DNA from: Entomortierella parvispora E1425
Lineage: Eukaryota; Fungi; Mortierellomycota
DNA length: 64,000 bases
Direction: 5' to 3'
Assembly (NCBI GenBank): GCA_020891255.1
Contig: BQFW01000015.1
Location: forward strand, 558,001 to 622,000
The translations under genes and the position numbers were made by a program. The notes beneath the pieces are model-generated. The model made no database searches and was not told where the DNA came from. It worked only from the letters and a program-made list of their open reading frames with translations. This document shows positions 60,110-64,000 of this stretch, one piece after another. Position 1 is the first letter of the stretch; each line of letters begins with the position of its first letter.

Positions 60110-62070
60110 AGATTTGATGACGTCACCACATCATGTTCAATCATATACCCTTCATGCTCTGTTGCTTGCGCGTCCTCCACATCGGGATCGGCAGCGATTT
60201 CTTCAACCATTGTTGCTGCAGCAAACTTCACCTCTGCTTCCTCTGCTTCCTTGCTGCTCCCTTCGCTGTCGCCAGAGGCGCTTCTCCTTTCCCTCTCCTC
60301 TAGCACTGCAATCATAGTCTTAACAATGTCTTCCCTTGTTTTGACTCTTACGCCGCCATTCGCTGGCATTCTTTTTCTCGCTTTTCTTTTCTTTTTCTTT
60401 TTCGTAGCCGTTTCTGGCTTTTGCTCCATTTTTATTTCTTCAGACGACGCCTCTACTTTTGTCTTTCCCTGCTCCGTGTGCGTCTCTTCTATTGCTATCA
60501 CCTCTTCGCACTCTTCTTCAGACTGCTCTTCTTCTGCTGTCGCTACAACAACTCCCCTCTCGTCTTCAGCGCTCTCTTTCGCTACTTCAGGGTGTGTTTC
60601 CTCCAAGAGGCTTTTGTCCTTGAGGCTGGTGACTTCCTTCGTGATTGCCACAGTATTATTGTTAATTACATCGTCACTTCCCGCTTCAGCTTCGTCAACA
60701 TATTCTTCGCACTCACCTTCATGTCTGTGGTACGGTGCACCTCTGTACGACCCTCTGTTCGTGTTATAGTTTCCACCTCGGTAACCTGAGCGTCCTCCTC
60801 TGTAACCTCTGTAAGGTGCTTGGTACGAGTAGCCTGAAGCAGGTGCCCCCTGGTGGTTGCTGTGGGTGTTGCTTTCATTGCTGTTTGCGGATGAGCCATT
60901 CGTCACCGGCTTCTTGTTTTTCTTTGCATCTTCTCCTTCCTTGAGCACTCGTCGTCTGCGCGCTTCGTCAATTACTGTTTTCCATTCAGTGCAATCGTCA
61001 GGACCATAGGCATGAGGAATACTATCCATCAAAAAATCCAGCGTTCCAGTCTCAGGCATCGCCATTCCTATGTGTGCGAGCATACGCTTCTGCACTTCTG
61101 CTATCTGCATGACGGTGAATGTCAAGGAGGGGATTGACATGCGCAACGTTTGCGTGACGTCGGCGTGTTTCGGCAATTCTTTAACCCTGTATACTTCGAC
61201 TAGACGTTTCAATCGATACTGGAGCTCCTTGTAACTCTCTCCCTTCTCCCTTCCAGCCTTGGCAAACTCATCCACTTCTAACGCTTTCTCCAGTGGCGTG
61301 AGCGCGGCGTCAACAAACTCCTGTTCGCATCGCTCCCAGTCCCATTCGCTTCCACGATCCGCTTCTCGTGTCACTACGAACGCGTCTGCAGCTTTTCGAT
61401 CCAGATTCGCCAACGACAATAATCGGAAGCAGATTTTCTGGAATGCCAGATGTCCATACTTCAATTGACAGATGGTGCGAAATTCATGTAGGAAGATCCT
61501 GACATTGGTGATGATCGGACCGGAGGACTTAGAATCAATTGCAGGCATGAGTGAGGGGTCCACGCTTCGATGGTAACGCGGAATGTCAGTCGTCAACTTA
61601 ATCTCCGATTCATCAGACGACTTGGCGGCGCCTGTGGCAACCAAAGCACCTGTAGTCGACTTGATCATCGTCGGTCTCGTCGTTGACAGTCTCTCAGCTT
61701 CCCTGCTTTTGTTCAGATCCTCAACAATGGCGGACCATTCGACGATGCTCTCTTTAATGCCCTGGATCTCTTCCTTCACTTTTTCCAATGCGGCTTTATG
61801 GGCCGGTGTCTTACTGCTTGGACCCATGCTCTTGCGACCAAGTGTTACGCGTTGGTCTGTCTTGCTTTTCAACAGCTGTCCCTGTTTTTTCAAGCAATTC
61901 TGTGCCGACTCCAAGGTCAAAGGCTCATCGAAGGTCTCATCATCTACCTCCATGTGGGAGTCTTCTTCAGGTACGTCCTCAACCACTTCGGTTGGTACGA
62001 CCACTTCACCACTGCTCGTTCCAAGGTTGCCCTCTTCCTCCACTTGAGGAGTCTTCGAAGTCTTTGCCAT
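59992..62070 (-). CDS. Gag of element C (692 aa, open)
   Basis: Capsid-like region (RIFLHEFR...WDWERCEQEF...REKGESYKELQYRLKRL), YRG/RGG repeats, acidic spacer and basic KKKKKRKARKR patch. Confidence 0.85.
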   Translation of the reverse strand: MAKTSKTPQVEEEGNLGTSSGEVVVPTEVVEDVPEEDSHMEVDDETFDEPLTLESAQNCLKKQGQLLKSKTDQRVTLGRKSMGPSSKTPAHKAALEKVKEEIQGIKESIVEWSAIVEDLNKSREAERLSTTRPTMIKSTTGALVATGAAKSSDESEIKLTTDIPRYHRSVDPSLMPAIDSKSSGPIITNVRIFLHEFRTICQLKYGHLAFQKICFRLLSLANLDRKAADAFVVTREADRGSEWDWERCEQEFVDAALTPLEKALEVDEFAKAGREKGESYKELQYRLKRLVEVYRVKELPKHADVTQTLRMSIPSLTFTVMQIAEVQKRMLAHIGMAMPETGTLDFLMDSIPHAYGPDDCTEWKTVIDEARRRRVLKEGEDAKKNKKPVTNGSSANSNESNTHSNHQGAPASGYSYQAPYRGYRGGRSGYRGGNYNTNRGSYRGAPYHRHEGECEEYVDEAEAGSDDVINNNTVAITKEVTSLKDKSLLEETHPEVAKESAEDERGVVVATAEEEQSEEECEEVIAIEETHTEQGKTKVEASSEEIKMEQKPETATKKKKKRKARKRMPANGGVRVKTREDIVKTMIAVLEERERRSASGDSEGSSKEAEEAEVKFAAATMVEEIAADPDVEDAQATEHEGYMIEHDVVTSSNLCHSNRQAASCISMQARRQEKKTTASLSRLLSDRSDTMH

Positions 62071-62229
62071 TTCCTTGCGCTAGGGCAGGTAATATTTGTC
62101 AATGATATTGTCGTTGAGACAATCACAATGACCGATGCACGATCGATTATTGTTCACAAGGATGTATCCCAATGCCGATGGATGTAACCTTTTTGCGGAT
62201 TGGATCCGATCTTGTATTCGATAAAAAAA

Positions 62230-62401
62230 TGGGATATTTTGGGCTCTCACTTACAATATGACTATCGAGACAAGAAGAAGGATCTTTATGTTCTGCCCTC
62301 GCACTCCTTTGATAAGGGAGTGCGAGGGTGGCTTGCTACTAAACTAGGTTACTAAAATAAACATCCCTATTAATACACTTCAAGGCCCACGATATGCCAC
62401 A
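62230..62401 (-). repeat. 5' LTR of element C
   Basis: Identical to 56208-56379; followed on the element strand by T7 (62223-62229). Confidence 0.95.
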
Positions 62402-62525
62402 TTGCCGAATCTCGCAAGGTCGGGGTTACCCTTGCCTTTGCCGGCGATGAGGTTATCGGCTGGTGGGCACTCTTAAACAAGCCATCCGACACCTCATTCC
62501 CGGATTTCAGCGAGCTCCTTGCCGC

Positions 62526-63593
62526 TGTGATGTTGTCTAAAGTAAGTATAGTCTAACGTCAGCAAAGGCTGGAGGTGAAAATGATAACGAAAAGAATAAT
62601 AACGAACAAAGCTCGCTGCTTACATATGATAGGGACTTTGCTCTCTGTGCCACAAGGATCAAACACAGCACTGCTATATGATCAGATACAATCTCGAGAG
62701 AATGAACTGGATAGACAGGAGGAGGAGAATGAGCAACAGGATCACGATGTAAGCAGGAACGAAACTGAAAGGAGACTAATAAGGACATACCAATGAGCTA
62801 AGCACGTCCTAATGGTAACCAAACAGGAGAATAAACAACTACGGAGGCGAACACTAGGTACTATACTAACTAATAACAACAACAAGGGAGGATTGAAGGG
62901 ATCTAATCAGTAAGAGCACGGCCAGAAATATTCTATCCAGGGAAAGGGGACAAGGCCGCCTAACTGAGGGTTCAGGAGGGACTCGAGGGAAGGCGACGAG
63001 AAGATAAGGGAGGTTCCCAAGCACCAGTTAAGGCCTCAGGATGCCCAAGCGCCAGTTAAGGCCTCAGGATTCCCAAGCGCCAGTTAAGGCCTCAGGATGG
63101 GATGCCAGGATCGTACAAGTCCACTCAAAAGAGACAAGACATTGTTGGTACCTCGTAAGTGAGCAAGGACACGGACAAGTGGTTGGCCGAGGTTCTTGAC
63201 GGGACTTGTCGAGGACGGGGAAGATCGTAACTTGTGAGTGTACAAAGTCGATCAACAGAACGCAATAGGTCTGTGATATCCAAAGGTAAGGGGGGGGAGG
63301 AGGTTTAGACTAGATACTAATAGTCTCAGCAATCGGAATTAAGGCGTCGAGCTTGCTGCTGCTGCAAAGGGGATATCGGGCAGGAAGGGGGGGATGTATG
63401 TTTGTGTTCTGAAGGGTTCAACAAAAGTGTACTGGCAGGAATCGTAAAGGAAAAAGGCAACCAGGAGCAAAATGGATTTTGCTCCCTTCTTTATAGAAAA
63501 AAAAACTGAAACTAAACAAAATAATAAATGCTACTGAAAATGTATATCTACTCCGATTGATGTGGATCGGGACTCCACATCTACTACACCACA
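62526..63593 (-). mobile_element. Element Y2 (1068 bp), relative of Y1, inserted in gag of B
   Basis: Termini TGTGATGT...ACACCACA; TSD CCGC (62522-62525 and 63594-63597). Removing it restores the gag B frame. Block 63268-63411 matches 54687-54835. Confidence 0.85.
63016..63099. repeat. 28-bp tandem repeat x3 inside Y2
   Basis: CCCAAGC(A/G)CCAGTTAAGGCCTCAGGAT(G/T) at 63016, 63044 and 63072. Confidence 0.92.
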
Positions 63594-64000
63594 CCGCCGA
63601 GTTCAGCCCTGCGAAGTTTAAGGAGCACATTCTCGCCCTCACAATGCAAATGAAAATGACACTACCACTGAACATCTCCAACGTCATGGCCTATATTACC
63701 AAAGCCCGTGAATACCACCTGCTCCTCCAGTCTTACTACGCCGACAACGCAGTTCTCAACGATACTATCCGTACTGCCTTTCTCAGTGGTGCACCTACTC
63801 AGCTTCGCCAGATGCTGGAAGTGGCCATTGTTAATGCAGGCAACGACACCATAGATCTGCCCAGACTCTTTAAGGCCGCGGAGGAGTTCGGTCGTATCTT
63901 CCACACTGAAGACCCATCACTCGGTGCCAAAGCACTGGCTGCCTCGGGATCCTCTGCTGGTATCACCGACCCCAACGCAATGGAAGTGGACAATATTCAT

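Larger units (their letters stand above)
56208..62401 (-). mobile_element. Element C: full-length (6194 bp) chromodomain-bearing Ty3/gypsy LTR retrotransposon
   Basis: Identical 172-bp LTRs (56208-56379 and 62230-62401), 5-bp TSD TTGCC (56203-56207 and 62402-62406), polypurine tract GGGAGAGAGC at 56380-56389. Domain order gag-PR-RT-RH-IN-chromodomain. Confidence 0.97.
55853..64000 (+). mobile_element. Element B: Ty3/gypsy element (LTR 55853-55963, PBS 55964-55971, gag), runs past the window end and hosts elements C and Y2
   Basis: LTR TGTAACAG...CTATTGCA followed by TGGTAGCA. Gag pieces 56082-56207, 62407-62525 and 63598-64000 join in frame once C, Y2 and one copy of each TSD are removed. 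Confidence 0.88.
56082..64000 (+). pseudogene. Gag of element B, split in three by nested insertions
   Basis: Reconstruction: MDSATPSFKFPHPTPFNGKRDGFSVLGFLKRMTFFFDGAGIA|ESRKVGVTLAFAGDEVIGWWALLNKPSDTSFPDFSELLAA|EFSPAKFKEHIL...AFLSGAP...DPNAMEVDNIH. No stop codons in the reconstructed part. Confidence 0.85.

Noticed and set aside
59972-60769. 265-aa plus-strand ORF antisense to gag C
   Set aside because: It is the Ser/Leu/Phe-rich mirror of the Glu/Lys-rich gag spacer and has no independent motif.
63016-63099. 28-bp repeats as a CRISPR-like array
   Set aside because: The units are directly adjacent with no spacers, and the context is a eukaryotic retroelement.
1-64000. tRNA/rRNA genes, telomeric repeats and stop-codon-readthrough PTS1 extensions
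   Set aside because: No convincing T-arm/cloverleaf, rRNA or telomere motif was seen by eye, and the stop contexts inspected gave no SKL-type extension. tRNAscan-SE and Infernal were not run.

Overview
This is intron-containing fungal genomic DNA. The gene set and the intronless F-box/LRR gene style suggest Mortierellaceae (Mucoromycota); this is inference. Bases 1-53.7 kb are gene-dense: MON2 (5'-truncated), a ZNF511-like C2H2 protein, a SAP+TM protein, a MARVEL-like protein, a frameshifted small secreted protein of bacterial type, RTC5/TLDc, an F-box protein, PIG-H, a DUF2420-like protein, PMP3, aspartokinase HOM3, an S8 subtilase, a small membrane protein, a 12-kb SZT2, a PPR protein, a BEM3-like RhoGAP, a C2CD3-like protein and UFD2. 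From 53984 to the end lies a nest of LTR elements that can be rebuilt from target-site duplications (TSDs): two degraded Ty3/gypsy elements with tRNA-iMet-type primer-binding sites (PBS), a solo LTR, two related TG...CA elements with 4-bp TSDs, and a full-length chromodomain gypsy element with identical LTRs and oligo-T in place of a tRNA PBS. The strongest leads are (1) a homolog of the centriolar protein C2CD3 in an apparently non-flagellated fungus, (2) a probable bacteria-to-fungus transferred gene in decay, (3) three TACAGTA Tc1/mariner-type excision footprints, two of which break retroelement reading frames, and (4) the oligo-T PBS of the chromovirus. All homology calls come from motif recognition and recall, not database searches. 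Several ORF-track starts are non-ATG and were corrected by hand, and exon boundaries are manual estimates.
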